Of a DNA stretch of 64,000 bases, positions 35,321 through 45,016 are shown one piece after another. Below the pieces are notes generated by a model, which worked only from the letters and a program-made list of their open reading frames with translations, did not search any database and was not told where the DNA came from. The DNA is from Coriobacteriia bacterium (GTDB taxonomy: Bacteria; Actinomycetota; Coriobacteriia; Anaerosomatales; JBAZZO01). Position numbers and translations under genes: made by a program. The stretch spans positions 76,891 through 140,890 of the forward strand of contig JBAZZO010000002.1 in the NCBI GenBank assembly GCA_041658765.1. Direction: 5' to 3'. Position 1 is the stretch's first letter; every line of letters begins with the position of its first letter.

Positions 35321-36213
35321 CCGATGACTCCGAGGCGGCGCAAGACGTCGGCGAGAGACGCGATCTGATCCGGCGTCGCCGGGACGAGCGGGAGGCGCAC
35401 GTCTCCCACGGGGAAGCCGGCGAGTTCCAGGGCCTTCTTCACCATGATCGGGTTGGACGTGAGGAAGAGAGCCTTGAACAGGGGCATCAGCTCGAGATGG
35501 AGTCTGAGCGCGCGAGTGTGTTCGCCCGCGGCCTGACCGTGGACCATCTCCGAGATCTGGGGGCCCGCCACGTGGCTCGCTACGGAGATCACGCCCGTCC
35601 CGCCGAGACCCATCATCGGCAGCGTCATCTCGTCGTCGCCCGACAGGACCTCGAAGCCTTCAGGGGCGCCGTCGATGATCGCGGCGATCTGTGTCAGGTC
35701 GCCGCTCGCTTCCTTCACGGCGACGATGTTCTCGACGTCGCGGGCGAGCCGCAGCGTGGTCTCGGCGGTCATGTTCACGACGCAGCGGCCTGGGATGTTG
35801 TAGAGGATGACGGGCACGTCGACGGCCTCGGCGATCGCGCGGAAGTGACGGTACATGCCCTCCTGGGGCGGCTTGTTGTAGTACGGGACGACGGCCATGA
35901 TGGCGTCCACCCCGAGCGAGACGACCTTGCTCGCGAACTCCACGGAGTCGTCGGTGCAGTTGTCGCCGGCGTTCGCGATGACCGGGCCCCTACCGCCGAC
36001 GGTGTCCACGACGGCGCGGAAGAGCTCGAGTTTCTGATCGTAGAAGACCGTGGGCGACTCGCCGGTGGTCCCGCAGACGACCAGCGCTTCGCTCCCCTGC
36101 TCGAGGAGCCGGTGGGCGAGTTCCTGCGCCCGCGGCAGGTCGAGACCGCCATCCGCAGCGAACGGTGTGACCATGGCCGTGATGAGTCGGCCGAAACGTG
36201 GCTCAGGCATCAT
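35317..36213 (-). CDS. dapA: 4-hydroxy-tetrahydrodipicolinate synthase
   Basis: GRLITAMVTPF...VVCGTTGE and the Schiff-base Lys region (VAVKEASGD). ATG at 36213/36210 is preceded by GAAGGGGGA. The ORF-track start is over-extended into lysC. Confidence 0.92.
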   Translation of the reverse strand: MMPEPRFGRLITAMVTPFAADGGLDLPRAQELAHRLLEQGSEALVVCGTTGESPTVFYDQKLELFRAVVDTVGGRGPVIANAGDNCTDDSVEFASKVVSLGVDAIMAVVPYYNKPPQEGMYRHFRAIAEAVDVPVILYNIPGRCVVNMTAETTLRLARDVENIVAVKEASGDLTQIAAIIDGAPEGFEVLSGDDEMTLPMMGLGGTGVISVASHVAGPQISEMVHGQAAGEHTRALRLHLELMPLFKALFLTSNPIMVKKALELAGFPVGDVRLPLVPATPDQIASLADVLRRLGVIG

Positions 36214-37450
36214 CGTTTCCCCCTTCGGCGAGGCCGAAGGCCTCGTGCAGCGCGGCGACGGCCGCACGTCTGTCATTCTGACACACGAGCACTGAAATCG
36301 TCGTGTGCGAGTCGGCGGACTGCAGGATGGAGACGTCCGCCGCGGCGAGAGCTTCGACGACGCGCGCCATGACCCCCGGGACGCCGTGCATGCCGCCTCC
36401 GACGAGCGTGACTTTCGCCAGACCGGGCTCGATCCCGTACGGGAACCCCAGCGCCTCGAGCATCCCGCCGGCTGACTCCATATCGGCTTCGCAGACGGTG
36501 AAGACCAGGTCGTTCTTGCAGGGAGTGAACATATCGAGGCTCAAGCCCGCGTCGGCCATCGCGCGGAAGACACGCGCCTGAGCGTCCATGTACGCGGCGC
36601 CGGCGGACTCCGAGGGCAGGGCGACCGAGATGCGGGCCACGCCGTCGAGGTCGCAGACGGCGGTCGCTACGGACGCACCGCGGCGCGCCGAGATCTCCTC
36701 GGCACGGGAGACCAGTGTGCCCGGAGCCGACGAGCGCGGGTCGCGGACCCACACGGGAACGCCCGCCTCCATGGCTATGCGCGCGGCAGGCGCGTGCACG
36801 ATCTTTGCTCCGTGGCGGGCCATCTGGAAGAGCTCCTCGAACTCGACGGCGCTCAGGACCCTCGCTTCCGCGCAGGAGCGCGGGTCGGCGGTCATGACCC
36901 CCTCGACGTCTGTGTGTATCTCGACGGAATCGGCGTGCAGGGCGGCGCCGATCGCACAGGCGGTCGTGTCCGAACCTCCGCGTCCGAGCGTGGTGACCTC
37001 GCCGTCGGCGGACGTCCCCTGGAATCCGGCGACGACGGGCACCAGGCCCGCGGCTACGGCGGCCGAGAGCGGCGCGGGATCGACGGCGATCACCGTCGCG
37101 TCTCCGTGACTCGCGTCGGTCAGGATCCCAGCGGCGGCTCCGGTGAAAGCTCTTGCGGGGACGCCGTGGGCGCGAAGTCCGTGGGCGACCACGACCGCGG
37201 AGACCACCTCACCGCACGAAGCGAGGAGATCGCGCTCGCGCGCGTCGGGAGTCATGCCGTCGAGGAGCGCGAGGAGCGTGTCGGTGGAGTACGGGGCGCC
37301 CGCGCGGCCCATCGCCGAGACCACGACGACCGGGCGCGCCTGCGATGCGATGGTCGCCGCGACGCAGCTGGCGAGGGCGGCTCTGCCCGACGCGTCCGCG
37401 ACGGAGGTCCCGCCGAACTTCTGCACGACGATGCGGCCGGTCGTTCCCAC
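36203..37450 (-). CDS. lysC: Aspartate kinase
   Basis: VVQKFGGTSV, the amino-acid kinase fold and C-terminal ACT repeats. GTG start at 37450. Confidence 0.9.
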   Translation of the reverse strand: MGTTGRIVVQKFGGTSVADASGRAALASCVAATIASQARPVVVVSAMGRAGAPYSTDTLLALLDGMTPDARERDLLASCGEVVSAVVVAHGLRAHGVPARAFTGAAAGILTDASHGDATVIAVDPAPLSAAVAAGLVPVVAGFQGTSADGEVTTLGRGGSDTTACAIGAALHADSVEIHTDVEGVMTADPRSCAEARVLSAVEFEELFQMARHGAKIVHAPAARIAMEAGVPVWVRDPRSSAPGTLVSRAEEISARRGASVATAVCDLDGVARISVALPSESAGAAYMDAQARVFRAMADAGLSLDMFTPCKNDLVFTVCEADMESAGGMLEALGFPYGIEPGLAKVTLVGGGMHGVPGVMARVVEALAAADVSILQSADSHTTISVLVCQNDRRAAVAALHEAFGLAEGGNDDA

Positions 37451-37453
37451 GCG

Positions 37454-38245
37454 CTACCCGTCCAGCAGTGCGTCGAGGCCGATGACGAGGCCGGAAAGGC
37501 CGCCTACGTTGCGGATAGCGAGGACCACGCCGGGCATGAAGCTCGTCCGGTCGATGGAGTCATGACGGATGCTGAGTGTCTGGCCGGGTCCTCCGAACAG
37601 GACCTCCTGGTGGGCGACGAGGCCTGGGAGTCGCACGGAGTGGACGGGGACATCGTCGACGAAGGCGCCCCGGGCTCCCTCGGCCACCTCGGTCTCGCGA
37701 CCCGGTACGGACGGTATCTCGGTCCGGGCGGCGGCGATCAGGGTCGCCGTGCGCATCGCGGTCCCGGATGGGGCATCGAGCTTGCGGTCGTGGTGCAGCT
37801 CGATGATCTCCGCGTGAGGAAGGAATCTAGCGGCCTCCTCTGCGAAGCGCATCATGAGCACGGCTCCGATCGCGAAATTCGGGGCGTAGAAGAGACAGAC
37901 TCCCGCCGGAGCGCCGTCCGCGAGACCCGCGAGCACGTCGGCGCCGACTCCCGTGGTACCGACGACGCAGTCGACGCCCGAGGCGAGTGCTTCGCGGACG
38001 TTGGCCTCGACCTGCGAAGCCTGGGTGAAATCGACGAGGACGTCCGGGCGCGCGGCGAGGGCCGCGGAGAGATCCCCGAGCACCTCGACGGCACCGCCAT
38101 GTCCGTCCTCGACGGTCGTGCCGGCTCGGGCGGGATCGACGGCAGCGACGACCGTCATGTCGGATTCCGAGCTCACGGCCTTGATGACCTCGCGACCCAT
38201 GCGGCCGGCGGCTCCCGTGATGGCGATTCGCAGCATGCGGATCAT
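37454..38245 (-). CDS. dapB: 4-hydroxy-tetrahydrodipicolinate reductase
   Basis: IAITGAAGRMG Rossmann motif and the ELHHDRKLDAPSGTA catalytic region. The start is ATG at 38245 or 38236, after GGGGAGGGG. The ORF-track start is over-extended. Confidence 0.9.
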   Translation of the reverse strand: MIRMLRIAITGAAGRMGREVIKAVSSESDMTVVAAVDPARAGTTVEDGHGGAVEVLGDLSAALAARPDVLVDFTQASQVEANVREALASGVDCVVGTTGVGADVLAGLADGAPAGVCLFYAPNFAIGAVLMMRFAEEAARFLPHAEIIELHHDRKLDAPSGTAMRTATLIAAARTEIPSVPGRETEVAEGARGAFVDDVPVHSVRLPGLVAHQEVLFGGPGQTLSIRHDSIDRTSFMPGVVLAIRNVGGLSGLVIGLDALLDG

Positions 38246-38264
38246 CCCCTCCCCTGTCTCTGTC

Positions 38265-39515
38265 TCAGTCGAGGAAGTGCGCGACTTCCTCTTCCGCGAA
38301 CGGTCCGATGATAGCGAGGACCGGCGGAGACGATAGAAGTCCGTCACCGAGACGTCGAACGTCGTCGAGGCCGACGGCGTCCACGCGTTCGACCAGTTCG
38401 TCGAGGGAGAGTGTCTCGCCGTGCGTCACCTCGCTCTTACCGAGCCGGGTCATGCGGTTGCGCGTCGACTCGAGTCCGAGGACCAGCTGCCCCTTTATCG
38501 ACTCCTTCGCCCGGTGTAGCTCCTCCGCGGTGACGCCGTGCTCGCGCACGCGGTCGACACCCTCCCGGATGAGTCCCACGACCTGCTCGGCGTTGGCCGG
38601 GCGCGTGCCGGCGTAGACGACGAACTGGCCGGTGTCCGCGTACAGGCTGTGGTAGGAGAAGACCGCGTACGCGAGCCCCTTCTTCTCCCGGATCTCCTGG
38701 AACAGGCGTGACGACATCCCGCCGCCGAGGACCGCGTCGAGGATGCTGAGGACGAAGCGGTCCTCGTGGCGCGCGTGAAGACCCGCCACGCTCCAGCAGA
38801 TGTGCGCCTGCTCCGTGTCCTTGGTGAGAAGGGCGAGGCGCGGTTCGACGACCGCCTCGGACGCGACGCGCGGAGTCCGAGGCCCGGCGGGCAGCGAGAG
38901 ACGGGCCTCGACGGCGGCGACGAGCTCGTCGTGGTCGACGGCGCCGGCGGCGGCCACGACCGCGTTGCCCGACACGTAGTGGTCCGTCTTGAAAGCGCGT
39001 GCAGCTGACGAATCGAAGCCGCCGACCGTGACGGTCTCGCCGAGGACGGGTCTGCCGATGGGATGCGTCGGCCACAGGGCGCCGGCGAGAAGCTCGTGGA
39101 CGCGGTCGTCGGGGGTGTCCTCGTGGCGTGAGATCTCCTCGAGGACGACCTCGCGCTCGGAGGTGCACGCATCTTCGGCCAGCGAGGCGTCGACCGCCAT
39201 GTCGGCTAGGACCTCGAGAGCCGCCGGGACGTGCTCATCGAGGATGCGAGCGTAGTAGCAGGTGTACTCCTTGCTGGTGAAGGCGTTGAGCTCTCCGCCC
39301 AGGCGGTCGAAGGTCTCGGATATCTCGGCCGCCGTCCGCGTGGGAGTGCCTTTGAAGAGCATGTGCTCGAGGAAGTGGGACATACCGCCCTCGGACGGCA
39401 CCTCGTCCCGGCTCCCGACCTGGAACCAGATCCCGAGGGCGACGGAGCGAACGGCGTCCATCGCCTCTGAGAGGACGGTGACGCCGTTCGCTAGGACGGT
39501 CTTCTCGAAGAACAT
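38265..39515 (-). CDS. M16 family (pitrilysin/insulinase-like) zinc metallopeptidase
   Basis: Inverted zinc motif HFLEHMLFKG with the downstream Glu. It occupies the usual position downstream of pnp in Gram-positive genomes. Confidence 0.85.
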   Translation of the reverse strand: MFFEKTVLANGVTVLSEAMDAVRSVALGIWFQVGSRDEVPSEGGMSHFLEHMLFKGTPTRTAAEISETFDRLGGELNAFTSKEYTCYYARILDEHVPAALEVLADMAVDASLAEDACTSEREVVLEEISRHEDTPDDRVHELLAGALWPTHPIGRPVLGETVTVGGFDSSAARAFKTDHYVSGNAVVAAAGAVDHDELVAAVEARLSLPAGPRTPRVASEAVVEPRLALLTKDTEQAHICWSVAGLHARHEDRFVLSILDAVLGGGMSSRLFQEIREKKGLAYAVFSYHSLYADTGQFVVYAGTRPANAEQVVGLIREGVDRVREHGVTAEELHRAKESIKGQLVLGLESTRNRMTRLGKSEVTHGETLSLDELVERVDAVGLDDVRRLGDGLLSSPPVLAIIGPFAEEEVAHFLD

Positions 39516-39526
39516 GCGCGTCGTGT

Positions 39527-41716
39527 CTACTGCCGACGGCGAGGCCTGCGGTCGCCGCCGGGATGCGGGGCACCGGCCCCGCCCGAGGGACGGTCACCGT
39601 GGCGCTCGCCCGTGCCGCCGCCACCGGAGGACGGCGGCGCTTCGGGCTTGTCGATCCGGTCGAGACTCACCTTGCCGCGGTCGTCGATGTCGAGGATGAC
39701 CACCTCGAGCTCGTCGCCCACGTTGAGGACGTCCTCGACCTTGTCGACGCGGCCCTTGGCGACGCGGGAGATGTGCAGCAGTCCGTCGCGGCCGGGGTAG
39801 AGTTCGACGAAGGCGCCGAACGCCTGGATCCCCACGACGCGTCCGTGGTAGCGCTCGCCGATCTCAGGCTCCTTGGTGATCATCTGGATGCGGCGCACCG
39901 CCTCCTCGCCGCCCTTGTCGCGCGAAGCGATGTAGATGGTGCCGTCGTCGTTGACGTCGATGTCGGCGCCCGTCGCCTCGATGATGCTGCGGATCATCTT
40001 GCCGCCTGGGCCGATGATGTCGCGGATCTTGTCGACGGGGATCTTGATGGTGATGATGCGCGGCGCGTACTCGGAGAGCTCCGCGCGCGGCTCGGCGATG
40101 GCCTCGAGCATCTTCGAGAGGATGAACGCGCGGCCTTCCTTCGCCTGCATGAGGGCCTTGCGGAGGATGTCGAGCGAAAGCCCCTTCGCCTTGTTGTCCA
40201 TCTGGAGCGCTGTGATGCCTTCGGACGTTCCCGCGACCTTGAAGTCCATGTCGCCGAGGAAGTCCTCGAGGCCCTGGATGTCGGTGAGGATGGCGACCTG
40301 GTCGCCTTCCTTGATTAGTCCCATCGCCACGCCGGAGACCGGCGCCTTGATCGGGACGCCGGCGTCCATCAGTGCGAGCGTCGATCCGCAGACCGAGCCC
40401 ATCGAGGAAGAGCCGTTGCTCTCGAGCACCTCGGAGACGATGCGGATGGTGTACGGGAAGTCCTCCTCCGCCGGCACGACGGGGAACAGTGCGCGCTCGG
40501 CGAGGGCGCCGTGGCCGATGTCGCGGCGTTTGGGGCCGCGCATGAAGCCGGTCTCGCCCGTCGAGAAGGGCGGGAAGTTGTAGTGGTGGAGGTAGCGCTT
40601 GCCCTCGGCGACGTCGATGGTGTCGATGCGCTGCCACTCGGAGAGCATCCCGAGCGTCAGCACGGACAGGACCTGGGTCTGTCCGCGGGTGAACAGGCCC
40701 GATCCGTGGCTGCGCGGCAGGTAGGCCGCTTCGCACGTGACCTGGCGGACCTCGTCGAGCGCTCGTCCGTCGGCCCGCTCCCCCTCGTCGAGGACCATGG
40801 CGCGCATCGTCTTCTTCTCGAGCTGCTTGAGCAGGATCTTCACGTGCTTGCCGGAGACCGCGAGATCCTCTTCGGCGAACGTCGCGAGGACCTGCTTCTT
40901 GACCTCGGCGACGGCGTCCATCCGGGCGTGCTTGTCCGGGTTGTGCAGCGCTTCGCGCATCATCTCCTGGCCGGCCGAGAAGACTCTCTCGCGCAGCTCC
41001 TCCGACGGTATGTTGAGCGGGAACTCCATCGGCGTGATGTCGAGGCGCGACAGGAAGCGCTCCTGGACGGCGCAGAACTCGGCGATCGCCTTCTGGGCGA
41101 ACTCGAGCGCGTCGAGCATGTCTTCTTCACAGACCTCCCGCGCGCCCGCCTCGACCATGTAGACGGCGTCGGGAGAGCCGGCGACGACGAGGTCGATGTC
41201 GGAAGCCTCGGCCTCCTCGAAGGTGGGGTTGACGAGCCATTCACCATCGCCGGAGCGCGCGATGCGCACACCGGCGAGCGGGCCTTCGAACGGTATGCCG
41301 GCGGCCATGAGCGCTGCGGACGCGCCCATGATAGAGATGACGTCGACCGGATGCACCTGGTCCGCGGAGAGGACCGTCGCGATCACCTGGACGTCGTTGC
41401 GGAAACCGTCCGCGAAGGCCGAGCGGATCGGCCGGTCTATCATGCGTGCCGTGAGTATCGCCTTCTCGCTCGGACGCGACTCACGCTTGATGAAACCGCC
41501 GGGCAGCTTGCCCGCCGCGTACATGCGTTCCTCGAAGTCGACCGTGAGCGGGAAGAAATCGAGATCCTTCGGGTCCTTGCTCGCGGTCGCCGTGACGAGG
41601 ACCATCGTGTCTCCTTGACGGACCACCACGGCGCCGCCGGCCTGCTTCGCGAGTTCCCCCGATTCGAGCACGTAGTCCCTGCCGTACAGTGAGAAGCTCT
41701 CAGTTACCTTTCCCAT
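39527..41716 (-). CDS. pnp: Polyribonucleotide nucleotidyltransferase (PNPase)
   Basis: Two RNase PH domains, KH and S1 domains, and a C-terminal Gly/Arg/Pro-rich tail. ATG at 41716 has AAGAGG 6 nt upstream. Confidence 0.95.
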   Translation of the reverse strand: MGKVTESFSLYGRDYVLESGELAKQAGGAVVVRQGDTMVLVTATASKDPKDLDFFPLTVDFEERMYAAGKLPGGFIKRESRPSEKAILTARMIDRPIRSAFADGFRNDVQVIATVLSADQVHPVDVISIMGASAALMAAGIPFEGPLAGVRIARSGDGEWLVNPTFEEAEASDIDLVVAGSPDAVYMVEAGAREVCEEDMLDALEFAQKAIAEFCAVQERFLSRLDITPMEFPLNIPSEELRERVFSAGQEMMREALHNPDKHARMDAVAEVKKQVLATFAEEDLAVSGKHVKILLKQLEKKTMRAMVLDEGERADGRALDEVRQVTCEAAYLPRSHGSGLFTRGQTQVLSVLTLGMLSEWQRIDTIDVAEGKRYLHHYNFPPFSTGETGFMRGPKRRDIGHGALAERALFPVVPAEEDFPYTIRIVSEVLESNGSSSMGSVCGSTLALMDAGVPIKAPVSGVAMGLIKEGDQVAILTDIQGLEDFLGDMDFKVAGTSEGITALQMDNKAKGLSLDILRKALMQAKEGRAFILSKMLEAIAEPRAELSEYAPRIITIKIPVDKIRDIIGPGGKMIRSIIEATGADIDVNDDGTIYIASRDKGGEEAVRRIQMITKEPEIGERYHGRVVGIQAFGAFVELYPGRDGLLHISRVAKGRVDKVEDVLNVGDELEVVILDIDDRGKVSLDRIDKPEAPPSSGGGGTGERHGDRPSGGAGAPHPGGDRRPRRRQ

Positions 41717-41793
41717 CCTCATCCTCTTCTTCCGCCGCGGCCCCGTGCCGCGCGCGTCGCGGGGCGGCCTCTTCATCCACCCCTGTATATGCT

Positions 41794-41826
41794 CGAAAGC
41801 GGGGAAGTCGAGCTCCCCCGCTTTCG
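41794..41826 (-). terminator. Strong hairpin between rpsO and pnp (rpsO terminator and/or pnp leader processing stem)
   Basis: CGAAAGCGGGG pairs perfectly with CCCCGCTTTCG (11 bp, extendable by 2 bp) around a 7-11 nt loop. It lies 23 nt downstream of the rpsO stop and about 80 nt upstream of the pnp start. No long U-tract follows. Confidence 0.5.
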
Positions 41827-41848
41827 CGGCAGTCGTTCCGTGCGGACG

Positions 41849-42118
41849 CTAATTCCGCAATCCGAGCTTCGCCACGATGGCGCGGTAGCGCTCGACGTCG
41901 CTCTTCTTGATGTAGTTGAGCATCCTGCGGCGCTGCCCGACGAGCTTGAGCAGCCCGCGACGGCAATGGTGGTCGCCTTTATGCAAGCGCAGATGCTCGG
42001 TGAGGTCGCGGATGCGCTGCGTGAGCAGGGCGACCTGCACTTCCGGCGACCCGGTGTCGCCGGCGTGCGCCTCGTGGTCCGCGATGATCGCGGCCTTGGT
42101 GTCCTTGGCCAACGGCAT
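41849..42118 (-). CDS. rpsO: 30S ribosomal protein S15
   Basis: An 89-aa product, [70 protein letters not shown].... ATG at 42118 is preceded by GGAAAGGTGAG. Confidence 0.95.
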   Translation of the reverse strand: MPLAKDTKAAIIADHEAHAGDTGSPEVQVALLTQRIRDLTEHLRLHKGDHHCRRGLLKLVGQRRRMLNYIKKSDVERYRAIVAKLGLRN

Positions 42119-42212
42119 GCTCGTCTCACCTTTCCCTATGTGTCCGCCACCGTCCGAGAGAGGCGTCGGTGATCCGCCGGTCCCAGATCGGGGTATCCGT
42201 GCAACCGTCGCA

Positions 42213-43139
42213 TCATACCACACGCTGTCGCACGGCACGTATGTCGTCGAGGATGGCGCCGGTCAGGTCCGCGGTGTGCTCGAACCTGCGCTGGTCGCGG
42301 AGTCGTTCGAGGAACTCCACCGTGACCTCGGCGCCGTAGATGTCCCCCACGAAATCGATTATGTGCGCCTCGAGGAGGTCGTGCGCCTGCGGGAACGTGG
42401 GCGGCACGCCGACCGAGATCGCGGAGGGATAGACGCCGCCGGCGAGATGGACTCTTCCGGCGAAGACGCCCGCGCCCGGCAGCGCCGCGTGCGCGGGGAC
42501 GGAGATGTTGGCGGTCGGGACGCCGAGGGCCTTCCCCGCCGCCCGGCCATGGACGACCGTGCCGCGGACGCGATGAGGACGAGCCAGCAGCCGCGCCGCG
42601 CCGACGACGTCCCCGGCGGCGACCAGGCCCCGGATCCGCGTCGAGCTGACCGGCAGCCCGCCGTCCTCGACCAAGCGGTGCGCGATCACCGTGAATCCCG
42701 CGCGCGCGCCGAAGCGCTCGAGCGCGGCGACGTCGCCGGAGGCTCCGCGGCCGAACCTGAAGTCGTGACCCACCACGACCGAGACAGGGTCGAGAGCGTT
42801 GGAGAGCACATCGGCGAGGAACGCGTCGGGAGCCATCGAGGCGATGCCCGTGTCGAACGGGATGACGAGCACCGTTCCCGGGGACAGGGCGGCGAGCTCG
42901 TCGAGCTTGTCGTCGAGTTCGAGGAGCTGAGGGGCGGCGCGGTCGGGATCGACCACACGATCGGGATCCCGGTCGAAGGTGACGACGATCGAGGCCACAC
43001 CCTGGACGTCAGCGATGGCGACCGCGTCCCTGACGAGGGCGGCGTGACCGACGTGCACCCCGTCGAAGACCCCGAGGGCCACGACGGCCGGACCGAGCGA
43101 GGCCGAAGCGGGCGACCAGGTCAGAAGGCGGGCGCTCAC
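42213..43139 (-). CDS. ribF: Bifunctional riboflavin kinase / FMN adenylyltransferase
   Basis: [10 protein letters not shown] nucleotidyltransferase motif and a C-terminal riboflavin kinase region (PTANI...[10 protein letters not shown]). GTGA overlap with the truB stop. Confidence 0.9.
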   Translation of the reverse strand: MSARLLTWSPASASLGPAVVALGVFDGVHVGHAALVRDAVAIADVQGVASIVVTFDRDPDRVVDPDRAAPQLLELDDKLDELAALSPGTVLVIPFDTGIASMAPDAFLADVLSNALDPVSVVVGHDFRFGRGASGDVAALERFGARAGFTVIAHRLVEDGGLPVSSTRIRGLVAAGDVVGAARLLARPHRVRGTVVHGRAAGKALGVPTANISVPAHAALPGAGVFAGRVHLAGGVYPSAISVGVPPTFPQAHDLLEAHIIDFVGDIYGAEVTVEFLERLRDQRRFEHTADLTGAILDDIRAVRQRVV

Positions 43140-44047
43140 GCGGCCTCCTCGGGGAAGACCGCCTCAGCGCGCAACGCGTCGTGCGCGACGAGATAGACCG
43201 CCTTGAGCCTTCTGTCGCAGAGGACGGCGACCCGCTCGCCATCACCGACGTCCTCGGCCGCCGAACGTGGGAGGGCGCGGCCGTTCCCGACGTCTGCGGG
43301 ATCGCCCTCGACGGACGGAAGCCCGAGAGCCGTGACCGGGTCTGCGAACAAGGAGGCGAGCCGCCCGGCGCCAGCCGCGTCGATGACCGACCGGAGGGTC
43401 TCGGCGGCCTCGACTCGCAGCGGTCCCGAAGCGGTCCGCCGCAGCGCTGCGAGGTGCGCGACGGTCCCCGCCTTGCGGCCCAGGTCGCGTGCGAGCGATC
43501 GGACGTACGTCCCCTTCGAGACGTCGAAGGCGACGTCCCAAGAGTGCGAGAGCGGGTCGACTTCGAGGATCTGCGCGTCGAACACGGTCACGTCTCTGGG
43601 GGCGAGATCGACGACGCCGCCGGCGCGGGCCACCCGATGGGATGCGCGCCCGGCGATCTTGATGGCCGAGTACGCGGGAGGGACCTGCCGCGATGCGCCG
43701 AGCATCGAGGCGAGAACGTCTCGTGCGCTGGCGGCATCGAAGAGGGCGTCGGGGACGGGAGCGGTCTCCACGGCGTCGCCTTCCGCGTCATCCGTGTCCG
43801 TCGAGACGCCGAACACGATGCGCGCCTCGTATCTTTTGCGCGCTGCAGTGAGGTAGGGAGCGAGACGCGTGTACGCCCCGATGAGGACCACGAGGAGTCC
43901 GGTCGCGGCCGGGTCGAGGGTGCCGGCGTGTCCGACACGGCCCTCCCCTGTCGCCTGACGGACCGCGACGACCACGTCGTGGCTCGTCATCCCGGCGGGC
44001 TTGTCGACGAGGAGGAGGCCGCATAGGCCGGTCGAGCCGCGCCGCAC
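43136..44047 (-). CDS. truB: tRNA pseudouridine(55) synthase
   Basis: LLVDKPAGMTSHDVV and the catalytic Asp in GHAGTLDP. Confidence 0.92.
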   Translation of the reverse strand: MRRGSTGLCGLLLVDKPAGMTSHDVVVAVRQATGEGRVGHAGTLDPAATGLLVVLIGAYTRLAPYLTAARKRYEARIVFGVSTDTDDAEGDAVETAPVPDALFDAASARDVLASMLGASRQVPPAYSAIKIAGRASHRVARAGGVVDLAPRDVTVFDAQILEVDPLSHSWDVAFDVSKGTYVRSLARDLGRKAGTVAHLAALRRTASGPLRVEAAETLRSVIDAAGAGRLASLFADPVTALGLPSVEGDPADVGNGRALPRSAAEDVGDGERVAVLCDRRLKAVYLVAHDALRAEAVFPEEAA

Positions 44048-44050
44048 GGG

Positions 44051-45016
44051 TCAGGCACCTCCGCCGGGAAGACGCGGGAGCAGGCGGGCGAGGAGCGCCT
44101 CTCGGCACCCGTCCCATGTCAGGCCGGCGGCGGCCGCGTGCCCGCCGCCTCCGAGGGAGCGGGCCGCCGCACCGACGTCGGCATCGCTCTTCGCGCGAAG
44201 ATTCGCTCTCACGACGCCGTTCTCTTCCTTGATGAGCACGACCGCGTCGACTCCCTCGATCATGCGGATGTCGTCGATGAGCCGGTCCGCATCGTCGGGA
44301 CACGCTCCGGTGTGGGCGAGATCGCTGTCCTCGATCCAGGAGATGGCGACGCGGCCGTGGTTGACCAGCGAGAGCCGCGAGAGCGCTACGGCGCTCAGTG
44401 CGAGGCTCGCCGCGGAGCGCCGTTCGTAGATGCGGGAGGCTACCTCGCGCGGGTCGGCGCCCGCGTCGACCATGTCGGCGGCGGCGCGTAGCGCTCCGGC
44501 AGTCGTGTTCCCGTACTGGAAGCGGCCCGTGTCCGTGAGGATGGCGGTGTACAGGCACGTCGCCACGCCCGAGTCGGGTGACACGCCGAGCTCGGGCATG
44601 AGGGCCCAGAGCATCTCCCCGACCGCGGACTTGTCTGGATCGACCCACCTGACGTCTCCGAAGCCTTCGCCGTCGGGATGGTGGTCGATGACGACGCGGA
44701 CTCGCGCGTCCTGTGCGAGTCCGCTCGCCGCGCCGAGCCGGTCGAGCACCGGGGTGTCGAGAGCTACGAACGTGTCCGGTGGCTCGAGGGACGAGGCTGG
44801 CTCCACGGTCGAGGCTCCAGGCAGCCATGAGTACATGTCGTGTACCGGCCCGTCGTCCGCGAGCGTGGCGACGCAGGGCACGCCGGCCGCGCGCAGCGCG
44901 AGGGTGAGACCGAGCACCGACCCGAGCGCGTCCCCGTCGGGGTTCACGTGCGCGCAGACGAGGATCGAGGTCGCGGACCTCAGCGCCGCGGCGACGGCGG
45001 ACGGAGAGCCGTTCAC
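44051..45016 (-). CDS. nrnA: DHH/DHHA1 family phosphoesterase (NrnA-like oligoribonuclease/pAp phosphatase)
   Basis: HVNPDGDALGS, DHH (VIDHHP) and the DHHA1 GGGH motif (GGGGHAAAAG). It occupies the conserved position between rbfA and truB. Confidence 0.8.
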   Translation of the reverse strand: MNGSPSAVAAALRSATSILVCAHVNPDGDALGSVLGLTLALRAAGVPCVATLADDGPVHDMYSWLPGASTVEPASSLEPPDTFVALDTPVLDRLGAASGLAQDARVRVVIDHHPDGEGFGDVRWVDPDKSAVGEMLWALMPELGVSPDSGVATCLYTAILTDTGRFQYGNTTAGALRAAADMVDAGADPREVASRIYERRSAASLALSAVALSRLSLVNHGRVAISWIEDSDLAHTGACPDDADRLIDDIRMIEGVDAVVLIKEENGVVRANLRAKSDADVGAAARSLGGGGHAAAAGLTWDGCREALLARLLPRLPGGGA

